Source: Ilumatobacteraceae bacterium (GTDB lineage: Bacteria > Actinomycetota > Acidimicrobiia > Acidimicrobiales > Ilumatobacteraceae). Taken from it: a stretch of DNA of 64,000 nucleotides. The stretch covers positions 3,199 to 67,198 of the forward strand of contig JALRBS010000118.1 of the NCBI GenBank assembly GCA_023262325.1, read 5' to 3'. Of this stretch, positions 1 through 7,487 are shown piece by piece (the first letter of the stretch is position 1; every line of letters begins with the position of its first letter). A model generated the notes under the pieces. That model was not told the origin of the DNA, ran no database searches, and saw only the letters and a program-made list of their open reading frames with translations. The position numbers and the translations under genes are program-made.

Positions 1-225
1 TTCGGTGATGCATGTGTGTGGTGGGGGATCGCGCTTGTTGCTGCCACCACCGGCGTCGGTCGATGGGGGCTCATCGGTGCGTTCGTGATGAACGTATTGC
101 TCTTGCGTGTCTCGGGCGTCGCGATGTTGGAGAAATCGCTCGTCAAGCGAAAGCCGCAATACGAGGAGTACATCGCACGCACAAGCGCGTTTATTCCACG
201 TCCGCCACGACGAGTGGTCAACTGA
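1..225 (+). CDS. C-terminal fragment of a DUF1295 / steroid 5-alpha-reductase-like membrane protein (5' end outside window)
   Basis: Frame 1 is open from the window edge to the stop at 223-225. The tail NVLLLRVSGVAMLEKSLVKRKPQYEEYIARTSAFIPRPP resembles the conserved C-terminus of DUF1295 proteins. It overlaps the convergent galM stop by 8 nt. Confidence 0.5.
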   Translation, partial: FGDACVWWGIALVAATTGVGRWGLIGAFVMNVLLLRVSGVAMLEKSLVKRKPQYEEYIARTSAFIPRPPRRVVN

Positions 226-1240
226 ATCGAAACATGAAACGCGCCCACCGGTGATACGCCTCACCAGGTTGAACGATGACGTTGCCAAGGTGGGGGTGAT
301 GAATGGCGTCAGGTGCGGATTGCGGCTCGACACATATTGCGCTGTGTCGTCCAAATGTGCGTCCCGAACGTCCGGTTGTCGTCGGGATCGAGTTCGAGGT
401 GTAGATCTGAGCACCGTCGTGATTCGTGGATAGTGCAACTTGCCGTCCCGAACCCTCGTGCCAGATGCTCACCACCTCGTCGTCTGGTGATCGTTGGTCA
501 GCGAAGACGTAGTGGTGGTCGAGCCCGTCGTGTAGGGGTCCGTGTTCGAGATCGATTGACGATGCGAGCCGACGACGTGTCGTCCAGTCGTATGGCGTTC
601 CTTCAACCGCCGTGAGCTCACCGGTTGGAATCTGTTCGATATCTGTTGCAACGAGCGCGAGTGAGTGCACTTGTAAGTCATGTTGCAGCACGCTCTCCCC
701 GCTCACGCCACTGAGGTTCCAGTAGACGTGATTCGTCAGGTTCAGCGGCGTTGCTCGATCGACCGTCGCAGCCCACTCAATGAGCAGGGACGAGTCGTCA
801 AGTCGGTAGGTCGTTGTCGCCTCAACGATCCCGGGGAATCCTTCCGCACCATCAGGGCTTCGATGGTGAAAGACGACCGACGTCGATGTGACCTCCCCAA
901 GCGACCACACAACGGCGTCAAATGCCTCAAGGCCACCTCCGTGCAGGCAGTTCGCGCCCTCGTTCGCAGTGACCACATGTCGAACACCATCGATCTCAAA
1001 TGACGCGGTACCGATTCGGTTCGCCACCCTGCCAACGGTTGACCCAAGAAAGAGCGAGCGATGGCGAGCGTACGCAGCATCGTCGTCGAGGCCGAGCACG
1101 ATGTCGTCAACATGGCCGTGGCGGTCTGGAGTCCGAACTGACACAATCGACGCGCCGCGGGCACTGAGTGTTACCGATAGCGCGTCGGGATCACCCAGAG
1201 TGATCCACGGTGCGGTGTGTGCGCGATCGACCGCTTGCAT
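218..1240 (-). CDS. galM: aldose 1-epimerase (galactose mutarotase family)
   Basis: 340-aa ORF with mutarotase-type motifs GRVANRIG..FEIDG, NCLHGG, TNHVYWNL and ICVEPQ. TACCCT-N7-ATG lies upstream. Confidence 0.85.
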   Translation of the reverse strand: MQAVDRAHTAPWITLGDPDALSVTLSARGASIVSVRTPDRHGHVDDIVLGLDDDAAYARHRSLFLGSTVGRVANRIGTASFEIDGVRHVVTANEGANCLHGGGLEAFDAVVWSLGEVTSTSVVFHHRSPDGAEGFPGIVEATTTYRLDDSSLLIEWAATVDRATPLNLTNHVYWNLSGVSGESVLQHDLQVHSLALVATDIEQIPTGELTAVEGTPYDWTTRRRLASSIDLEHGPLHDGLDHHYVFADQRSPDDEVVSIWHEGSGRQVALSTNHDGAQIYTSNSIPTTTGRSGRTFGRHSAICVEPQSAPDAIHHPHLGNVIVQPGEAYHRWARFMFRFS

Positions 1241-1247
1241 GCGAGGC

Positions 1248-1253
1248 AGGGTA
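1248..1253 (-). promoter_or_regulatory. -10 element TACCCT, 7 nt upstream of the galM ATG (leaderless-type)
   Basis: The minus strand reads TACCCT GCCTCGC ATG. Confidence 0.45.
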
Positions 1254-1310
1254 GCCGCTCGTTGTCATGTGCGATACGAGTCCAACTGGGCGAACCCTCG
1301 GGAGATTCCG

Positions 1311-1316
1311 TAGGTT
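1311..1316 (+). promoter_or_regulatory. -10 element TAGGTT, 7 nt upstream of GTG 1324 (leaderless-type)
   Basis: taggtt tacctcc gtg. Confidence 0.45.
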
Positions 1317-1323
1317 TACCTCC

Positions 1324-2370
1324 GTGAAGCTTTCAATGATGATCAACTACTCGGGTGACTTTCATGCTGACGTGCAGAAGGTGTGCGATCTCGAATCAGC
1401 GGGACTCGATCTCGTGTGGGTGCCCGAGGCGTACAGCTTCGATGCGATCAGCCAACTCGGATACCTCGCCGCCAAAACCTCGACCATTCAGATGGGAACC
1501 GGCATCATCAACGTCTATTCCCGAACGGCAACCTGTGTCGCTCAAACAGCCGCTGGTCTCGACTTCGTGAGCGGGGGACGGTTCGTGCTCGGCCTCGGTG
1601 CGTCAGGACCTCAGGTCATTGAAGGTTTCCATGGCGTCCCTTATGACAAGCCGATGGCGAGAATCCGCGATTACATCAACGTCTGTCGCATGACATGGAA
1701 ACGGGAACCAGTCGTCTATGACGGACCGACCGTGCAGGTGCCACTGCCGGCGGGGGAAGGTACCGGTCTTGGCAAGCCGTTGAAGATCATTAATCATCCT
1801 GTGCGCAGCGATATTCCTATTTTCTGGGCGTCGCTCATGGGTCTCTCGGTGACCGCAACCGCCGAATACGCCGACGGTTGGCTCCCAATATTCTTCGATC
1901 CAGAGAAGTTCCATCAGGTATGGGGAGATGAGCTCAAGGCGGGCACCGCCAAACGCGATCCATCGCTTGGTCAGTTGCAAATTTCGGCTGGTGGCATGGT
2001 TGCAATTGGTGACGAATTTGTGGGTGAGCGAAAGCAGCAAATTCTCGATATCGCTCGTCCAAATATTGCGCTCTACGTCGGTGGCATGGGTGCCCGCGAC
2101 AAGAACTTCTACAACACGATTTGTCAGAAGTATGGCTATGTCGACGAGGCGATTGAAATCCAGGACAGGTATCTCTCAGGCGATAAGGCCGGCGCGGCAG
2201 CAGCGGTGCCAGCACAGATGCTCGAGCAAACGAATCTCGTTGGTCCCGCAGGGGAGATCAAGGAACGGCTCGCGGCGTATCGCGAAGCAGGGGTGACCCA
2301 CCTGTCGGTCACCCCGGTCGGTGGTGACCCGGTCGCAACGGTCGCTGCGCTGCGAGAAATCCTGTCGTGA
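1324..2370 (+). CDS. LLM-class (luciferase-like) F420-dependent oxidoreductase
   Basis: The ORF track gives 1267..2370. I prefer GTG 1324 (VKLSMMINYSGDF...) because TAGGTT sits 7 nt upstream and the 5' extension is Arg-rich junk. The sequence resembles the luciferase-like family (LDLVWVPEAYSFDA, GLGASGPQVIEGFHG). Confidence 0.8.
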   Translation: MKLSMMINYSGDFHADVQKVCDLESAGLDLVWVPEAYSFDAISQLGYLAAKTSTIQMGTGIINVYSRTATCVAQTAAGLDFVSGGRFVLGLGASGPQVIEGFHGVPYDKPMARIRDYINVCRMTWKREPVVYDGPTVQVPLPAGEGTGLGKPLKIINHPVRSDIPIFWASLMGLSVTATAEYADGWLPIFFDPEKFHQVWGDELKAGTAKRDPSLGQLQISAGGMVAIGDEFVGERKQQILDIARPNIALYVGGMGARDKNFYNTICQKYGYVDEAIEIQDRYLSGDKAGAAAAVPAQMLEQTNLVGPAGEIKERLAAYREAGVTHLSVTPVGGDPVATVAALREILS

Positions 2371-2405
2371 TACGCCGATAGTCGGCGAGTTCACACCGAG
2401 GGCAA

Positions 2406-3512
2406 CTAACGCGGTTCCCTTGGCAGGCCGAGCACGCGCTCGCCGAGAATATTGCGCATCACGTTTGAGGTCCCGCCCATGATTGTGTAGCCCGGGGCGT
2501 AGGTCATCGCCTTGGTGACGTCGTTCCAGAGCGTTGCGTCGACCCCAAAGACTCGGGATGCAAACTGAGCGACTCTCCACTCGTGCTCTGTGCAGAAACA
2601 TTTTGTCGCCGCAGAGAATCCAGCCGGGGCCTGGTGGAGCACTTCGCGAACGACGAGGATGCGGCCAATGCGGTACGCGGTTTCAAGTGCCGCAACCTCT
2701 TGGCGAACAATTGGGTCTGAGAGATCTGCGCGTTCAAGTGCAAGTTTGTAGAGCGCTTGGTTCGAGACGAGACGGTCGATTCCGCCTCGTTCGTGTTCAA
2801 GTTGGCGCATCGTCTGTTTGAAGGCGCTGCCTTCGACCCCGACGAGGTTATGCACCGGCACGCGCACATCGCTAAAGAACACTTCGGTGAAGTGGCGGTT
2901 CGTTGTCATGTCCTTGATCGTTCGCACCTCAATACCGGGGGACGACATTGGAACAATGATTTCACTGATGCCGGCATGCGGCGGGCCCTCGGATGAGGTG
3001 CGGCAGATGAGGTAGCAGTAATCGGCGAGGGCCCCAAATGAGGTCCATATCTTCTGACCATTGATGACGAACTCGTCACCTTCACGTCGAGCCGATGTCG
3101 TGAGCGATGCGAGGTCGCTGCCAGAGTTTGGCTCCGACATTCCGATGCACCAGGTCGTATCGCCGGAGAGCATTGACGGAAGAAACTCTTGCTGTTGATC
3201 GGCACGACCGAAGGCAATCAGCGCAGGGCCCATCTGGCGATCGGCGAACCACATTGCAGCGATTGGCGCTCCCGCGGCAATCATTTCTTCACCGATGATG
3301 AGCCGGTCAATTGCCGGGCGCCCACCTCCGCCATATTCCGTGGGCCAGGTCAGACCGATCCAGCCTCGGGAGCCAAGCTCTTTCGCGAATTCTTTTGAAT
3401 AGCCGTTAATCCATGAGTCGGCATGCCAGCCGAATCGCGCAACGGCATCCTCGGCGACTGCCCGTGCCTCGCTGCGCAGCGCCTCTTGTTCTGCAGTCCA
3501 CGCAAATTCCAT
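2406..3512 (-). CDS. acyl-CoA dehydrogenase family protein
   Basis: 368-aa ORF with ACAD pattern (WIGLTWPTEYGGGG, CIGMSEPNSGSDLASL, INGQKIWTS, MGGTSNVMRNILGERVLGLP). ATG 3512 lies 3 nt after the citrate synthase stop, so the two are probably co-transcribed. Confidence 0.85.
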   Translation of the reverse strand: MEFAWTAEQEALRSEARAVAEDAVARFGWHADSWINGYSKEFAKELGSRGWIGLTWPTEYGGGGRPAIDRLIIGEEMIAAGAPIAAMWFADRQMGPALIAFGRADQQQEFLPSMLSGDTTWCIGMSEPNSGSDLASLTTSARREGDEFVINGQKIWTSFGALADYCYLICRTSSEGPPHAGISEIIVPMSSPGIEVRTIKDMTTNRHFTEVFFSDVRVPVHNLVGVEGSAFKQTMRQLEHERGGIDRLVSNQALYKLALERADLSDPIVRQEVAALETAYRIGRILVVREVLHQAPAGFSAATKCFCTEHEWRVAQFASRVFGVDATLWNDVTKAMTYAPGYTIMGGTSNVMRNILGERVLGLPREPR

Positions 3513-3515
3513 TGA

Positions 3516-4787
3516 TCAGGCCCGCGAGTTGATCGGCACGTAATCGCGTGAATCAGGTCCGACGTACCACTGGCGAGGGCGCGAAATCTTTTGCTCTTTG
3601 TCGGCAAGCAATTCTTGCCAGTGCGCAAGCCAACCTGCGGTCCGCGGAATCGCAAACAGCACGGTGAACATGTCGACCGGGAAGCCCATCGCCTGATAGA
3701 TGAGCCCAGAGTAGAAGTCGACGTTTGGGTACAACTTGCGATCGACGAAGTAGGGGTCTTGCAGCGCGACCTCTTCAAGTTTCAACGCGATATCGAGAAG
3801 CGGGTTCTTGCCGGTCACCTCAAATACGTCGTAGGCCGTCTTCTTGATGATCGTCGCCCGGGGGTCATAGTTCTTGTACACGCGGTGGCCGAAGCCCATG
3901 AGGCGTCCGTTGCCCTCTTTGACCGACGTAATGAATGCGGGCACTTCATCGATTGATCCGATATCGGTGAGCATGCGCACCACTGCTTCATTCGCTCCAC
4001 CGTGGAGCGGTCCGTAGAGAGCGCTTGCCGCAGCGGCTGCAGACGAGTACGGATCGGCATTCGATGATCCGACGACACGCATCGCGGTTGTTCCACAGTT
4101 TTGCTCGTGGTCCGCGTGCAAGATGAAGAGGACGTCCATGGCCTTCTCGAGCACTGGGTCGACGGTGTAGTCATCGCCGACCTTCCACATCATCGAGAGG
4201 AAGTTGGCAGGAAATGAGAGGTCGTTGTTCGGGTAGTTGAAGGGCAATCCAACGCTGAATCGGTAGCACATCGATGCAATCGTCGGAGTCTTCGCGATGA
4301 GTCGGAGAACTTGCTTGTAGCGGCTGTCCGCGTCGTCAATGTCCTTCGCGCCGTCGTAAAAGGTGCCAAGCGCGGCGAGTGCGGACACGAACATGCCCAT
4401 GGGGTGCGCGTCGTAGTGAAATCCGTCGACGAAGCGTTTGCGCATGTTTTCGTGGATGAATGTGTGGTGCGTAACGTCGTTTCGCCAGTTCGCCAGTTGG
4501 TCGCTCGTTGGCAACTCGCCATTCAGCAACAAGTATGCAACTTCAAGGAATGATGAGTGTTCGGCGAGCTGCTCAATGGGGTACCCGCGGTAACGAAGTA
4601 CGCCATTGTCGCCGTCGAGATAGGTGATTGCTGACTTGCACGATGCGGTCTGCATGTACGCCGGGTCGTAGACGAACAGCGACGGGTCGAGGGACCGAAT
4701 TGCCGATGCTGGGAAGACACCACCTTCGATGGGTACGGTAACCGTCTGTCCGGTTCTGTCATCGGTAATCGTGATGGTTTCAGGCAC
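3516..4787 (-). CDS. gltA: citrate synthase (large GltA type)
   Basis: The track ORF runs to 4961. GTG 4787 is preceded by GGAGGA with a 7-nt spacer and gives a 423-aa protein of GltA size. Motifs: LDGDNGVLRYRGYPIEQL, LHADHEQN, GFGHRVYK. Confidence 0.9.
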   Translation of the reverse strand: MPETITITDDRTGQTVTVPIEGGVFPASAIRSLDPSLFVYDPAYMQTASCKSAITYLDGDNGVLRYRGYPIEQLAEHSSFLEVAYLLLNGELPTSDQLANWRNDVTHHTFIHENMRKRFVDGFHYDAHPMGMFVSALAALGTFYDGAKDIDDADSRYKQVLRLIAKTPTIASMCYRFSVGLPFNYPNNDLSFPANFLSMMWKVGDDYTVDPVLEKAMDVLFILHADHEQNCGTTAMRVVGSSNADPYSSAAAAASALYGPLHGGANEAVVRMLTDIGSIDEVPAFITSVKEGNGRLMGFGHRVYKNYDPRATIIKKTAYDVFEVTGKNPLLDIALKLEEVALQDPYFVDRKLYPNVDFYSGLIYQAMGFPVDMFTVLFAIPRTAGWLAHWQELLADKEQKISRPRQWYVGPDSRDYVPINSRA

Positions 4788-4884
4788 GTCGTCGTCCTCC
4801 GAATCGACTGGGGGGATACGCAAGTAATGTATCGGCGAACAGCCGAAGCGGACTAACGCAAGCCGAACGGGTTGCGCAGGGTGG

Positions 4885-6234
4885 TCACAGTGGCGAGTTG
4901 CCGTGGCGGCGTGGCGGCCGGCGGTCGCGTTTATCGACGAGCATGTCGAGCGCAGCCGCAATGACTGAACGCGTGTCAGCGGGGTCGATCACGTCGTCAA
5001 CGTAGCCGCGCTCGGCAGCGACATACGGATTCAACAGTCGCTCCGAATAGTCGCTTTCGAATGCCTGGCGATCCTCGTCACTTGCGCCTCGGCGAAGAAT
5101 TGCAGAGGCCTGGCCGGCTCCCATGACGGCGAGCTCGGCCCACGGCCATGCAAGGCAGATGTCGTTGCCCATCTCCTTCGAATCCATCACGATGTAGGCC
5201 CCGCCGTAGCTCTTGCGCAGAATGACACATACTCGTGGCACGGTTGCTTGGCCATAGGCAAAGACGAGCTGCGCGCCGTGGCGGATCATCCCGCGCCATT
5301 CGAGATCCTTGCCGGGGTAAAAACCTGGGGTGTCAACGAGGGTCACGATCGGCAGGTTGAACGCGTCGCAGGTGTTGACGAAACGGGCAGCCTTCTGCGA
5401 GGCCGGAATGTCGAGGGTTCCTGCGAGGGCCATCGGCTGATTGGCAACAAGACCTATCGCTCGACCACCGATCGTGGCAAAACCAGTCACCGCGTTCATC
5501 GCCCAATTTCGGCGAACCTCGGTGAAAACACCGTCGTCAACAATTGATTCAATGACGTCCCGTACGTCGTAACTGCCGGTCGTCGACTCAGGAATGAGGT
5601 CGCCCGCTTCGGGGGTGCGGCGAGACGTCGGATCGCCGGTTTCGCGTCGTTCAGTGCGAAGGTCCGAATGATCTGGCAGATAGTCAAGAAGTTCGGAGAT
5701 CATGTCTGCCGCCTCGGCGCGGTCGGCGACGACGGCGGTGGCAAGTCCTGCAGAACGTTCCATCGTTGTGGCACTGCCAAGCTCAGTCTTTGAAATTTCG
5801 ACACCGGTGAATTGGCGAATCATGAGTGGCCCGTTGACAAATGCGTACGCCTCGTTCGTCATGACAACGAAGTCGACGAGGCCAAGAAGCAGTGCCGGTC
5901 CTGATACTGCCGGTCCGTCGACGATCGCAAAGGTGGGGATGACGCCCGAGCAACGGGTCAGCAATTTTGCAGCGACACCCCAGCCGTGTAACGGTGCGAT
6001 GCCCTCGGCGATATCGGCGCCCGCAGAATTGATGACAATGACGAGTGGGAGGCGTTGTTCGAGCGCAAGGCGGACACCTTCGCTCATCACCTGCGTCATC
6101 TGCGAGGTGAGCGGTGGTGCCACGTCGCTTGCTGCGAAGTCGACCCAGACGACACGACGTTCCTCGACCAGTCTTACGCGAGCGGTGACCGGAACGGAGA
6201 CTCCGGTCGCGATACCTAGCTCGTCAATTGACAT
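4885..6234 (-). CDS. acyl-CoA carboxylase carboxyltransferase (beta-subunit) homolog with short, divergent N-domain
   Basis: 449-aa ORF. The C-terminal half is canonical (ASQKAARFVNTCDAFNLPIVTLVDTPGF, RKSYGGAYIVM, NPYVAAERGYVDDVIDP, HGNSPL). The N-terminal half is recognisable but degenerate. TAACCT-N6-ATG lies upstream. Confidence 0.75.
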   Translation of the reverse strand: MSIDELGIATGVSVPVTARVRLVEERRVVWVDFAASDVAPPLTSQMTQVMSEGVRLALEQRLPLVIVINSAGADIAEGIAPLHGWGVAAKLLTRCSGVIPTFAIVDGPAVSGPALLLGLVDFVVMTNEAYAFVNGPLMIRQFTGVEISKTELGSATTMERSAGLATAVVADRAEAADMISELLDYLPDHSDLRTERRETGDPTSRRTPEAGDLIPESTTGSYDVRDVIESIVDDGVFTEVRRNWAMNAVTGFATIGGRAIGLVANQPMALAGTLDIPASQKAARFVNTCDAFNLPIVTLVDTPGFYPGKDLEWRGMIRHGAQLVFAYGQATVPRVCVILRKSYGGAYIVMDSKEMGNDICLAWPWAELAVMGAGQASAILRRGASDEDRQAFESDYSERLLNPYVAAERGYVDDVIDPADTRSVIAAALDMLVDKRDRRPPRRHGNSPL

Positions 6235-6240
6235 GCTCTG

Positions 6241-6246
6241 AGGTTA
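6241..6246 (-). promoter_or_regulatory. -10 element TAACCT, 6 nt upstream of ATG 6234 (leaderless-type)
   Basis: The minus strand reads TAACCT CAGAGC ATG. Confidence 0.5.
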
Positions 6247-6324
6247 GGTCGCCGTGGTGGTGCCGCGTGGATTCGACTGACGTGCCTCGTTCACTCGGCG
6301 CGTCGCTTGTGTGGCCGGGAGCAT

Positions 6325-7245
6325 CTATCCGTTGTCAGTGACGGGATATAACCCGCGGTCCTCGTGGATGCGTGTCTCGATCGAGGTGAGGACTGCATCC
6401 CGCACTGCGCGCGTTGCCGGCGAGGGATTTGGACGTTGGCGGCGAACCCACGCAACGCGGCGTCGAGGCAGACCGGTGACCGTGATGAGGCGAGCACCGG
6501 TGAGATCGGTCTCACCGACCGCTGTAGCGGGCACGATGGTCGCCCCGTGCCCGTCGATGGCGAGTGCGGAGAGTAATCGAACACTGTCAATTTCGGATTG
6601 CGACCGAAGGGTGACACCCTGTTCGGCGGTGGACCGTTCGAGGATTCGACGAAGTGCCGCGCCCAGCGGTGGTAGCAGGAGGGGCTCACCGTCTAAATCT
6701 TCAATCGAAATTTCGTCACGGTTGGATAGGTGATGGTCGGTCGGAGCGAGGAGCAGCAGCGCTTCATCGAAAATTGGTTCGACAACGAGGTCGGGCTCAT
6801 CAATCGGAAGGTGAAGAATCGCCGCATTAAGGAGTCCCGACACGACGTTAGGAAGCAGTGCTGATGTGCTGCCCTCGGTAACGACGGTGTGCACGTTGGG
6901 GTAGACCTCGCTGAGACGGCGCAGGGTTGGCGGAATGGACCAACGAGCAATCGTTCCGATGACGCCGATGCGCACATCTCCGCTGACGTCGGACTCGCTG
7001 CTCTCGAGGTCCGAGCGAATGTCATCGAGTTCGTGCATGATTCGCCGTGCCCGGATAAGAACTTTTCGACCCTCCTCAGTGACACGACCTGTCTGGCGAT
7101 CGATGAGCACAGTTCCGAGTTCGCGTTCGAGTTTGCTGATATGCGAGGAAACGTTTGATTGAACCGTATAAAGGGCACGGGCTGCTGATGAGAAACTGCC
7201 GTGGTCGGCAATAGCGATGAGCGTGCTGAGTTGGCGAAGATCCAT
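6325..7245 (-). CDS. LysR family transcriptional regulator
   Basis: 306-aa ORF with an N-terminal winged HTH (MDLRQLSTLIAIADHGSFSSAARALYTVQSNVSSHISKLEREL) followed by a substrate-binding domain. Confidence 0.9.
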   Translation of the reverse strand: MDLRQLSTLIAIADHGSFSSAARALYTVQSNVSSHISKLERELGTVLIDRQTGRVTEEGRKVLIRARRIMHELDDIRSDLESSESDVSGDVRIGVIGTIARWSIPPTLRRLSEVYPNVHTVVTEGSTSALLPNVVSGLLNAAILHLPIDEPDLVVEPIFDEALLLLAPTDHHLSNRDEISIEDLDGEPLLLPPLGAALRRILERSTAEQGVTLRSQSEIDSVRLLSALAIDGHGATIVPATAVGETDLTGARLITVTGLPRRRVAWVRRQRPNPSPATRAVRDAVLTSIETRIHEDRGLYPVTDNG

Positions 7246-7253
7246 CTCTAAAA

Positions 7254-7268
7254 ACGATATCAGATATC
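7254..7268 (-). promoter_or_regulatory. putative -10 (TATCGT, 8 nt upstream of the LysR ATG) embedded in the palindrome GATATCAGATATC
   Basis: The plus strand at 7256-7268 reads gatatcagatatc, a 13-bp palindrome. The minus-strand TATCGT corresponds to 7259..7254. The surrounding region is AT-rich in a GC-rich genome. Confidence 0.4.
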
Positions 7269-7280
7269 TCTAAGTTCGAC

Positions 7281-7310
7281 TTGCGAGATGCACGAAATCA
7301 CGTGCATAAT
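7281..7310 (+). promoter_or_regulatory. putative promoter TTGCGA-N18-CATAAT driving the candidate sRNA
   Basis: ttgcga at 7281-7286 and cataat at 7305-7310, with an 18-nt spacer. There is no plus-strand CDS downstream before the terminator at 7381-7419. Confidence 0.45.
7288..7307. promoter_or_regulatory. perfect dyad ATGCACG-N6-CGTGCAT (candidate operator)
   Basis: 7-bp arms at 7288-7294 and 7301-7307. The dyad lies inside the spacer and -10 of the putative sRNA promoter, between the divergent LysR and sRNA starts. Confidence 0.5.
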
Positions 7311-7316
7311 TTCACA

Positions 7317-7419
7317 AGCAAATATCGACGCGGTACACCCCCCAAGTCCCGCTCGAGGAACCCAATTGGGATTCCAGGTAGAGATGCCCCGGCCCCCCAT
7401 CGGGGCGTCTCCCGTTTTT
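7317..7419 (+). ncRNA. candidate small RNA of about 100 nt, 6C-family-like (two hairpin loops each carrying CCCCCC)
   Basis: Hairpin 1: 7326-7333 pairs with 7349-7355 (one bulge), and the loop contains cccccc at 7338-7343. Hairpin 2: 7357-7375 (ggaacccaattgggattcc). Hairpin 3: an 11-bp stem, 7381-7391 with 7401-7411, whose loop contains cccccc at 7393-7398, followed by ttttt at 7415-7419. The 5' end is only inferred from the promoter. Confidence 0.5.
7381..7419 (+). terminator. intrinsic terminator (11-bp GC-rich stem, 9-nt loop, T5 tract)
   Basis: gagatgccccg / cggggcgtctc pair with one G-U, followed by ccg and ttttt. The orientation fits only a plus-strand transcript. Confidence 0.55.
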
Positions 7420-7487
7420 CAGCCGATTTGCCGGTACCGAGCCCGGTCGCAAGGGACCGAGGGCGAAGTGTGGACAGGCGTGGGTCT

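Noticed and set aside
2373-2387. A small hairpin CGCCGA-TAG-TCGGCG between the convergent LLM oxidoreductase and acyl-CoA dehydrogenase genes, considered as a bidirectional terminator.
   Set aside because: The stem is only 6 bp, the loop is 3 nt, and there is no U/A tract on either side. This is too weak to call.
3516-4961. 5'-extended versions of real genes in the ORF track. They are gltA to 4961, ddl to 26366, murF from 25993, hisH from 39387, pgsA1 from 48422, pimA from 50092, the DUF3048 gene from 52606, yebC from 55297, ruvC from 56194, ruvA from 57147, tgt from 59732, secF from 62583, and the ABC ATPase to 35718.
   Set aside because: The extensions overlap the neighbouring gene, have junk-like composition, and precede the point where family similarity begins. 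Internal starts with an SD site, an ATGA/GTGA coupling or a TANNNT-N6/7 signature give family-typical lengths.
7357-7375. The palindrome GGAACCCAATTGGGATTCC, considered as a stand-alone operator site.
   Set aside because: It lies inside the candidate sRNA and is explained equally well as its middle hairpin. I cannot separate the two readings from sequence alone, so it is reported only as part of the sRNA.
7452-7477. An imperfect hairpin (cccggtc...gaccgaggg) just downstream of the aconitase stop, considered as the acn terminator.
   Set aside because: The stem is bulged and 7 bp long, with no U tract on the minus strand. I cannot distinguish it from background GC-rich self-complementarity.
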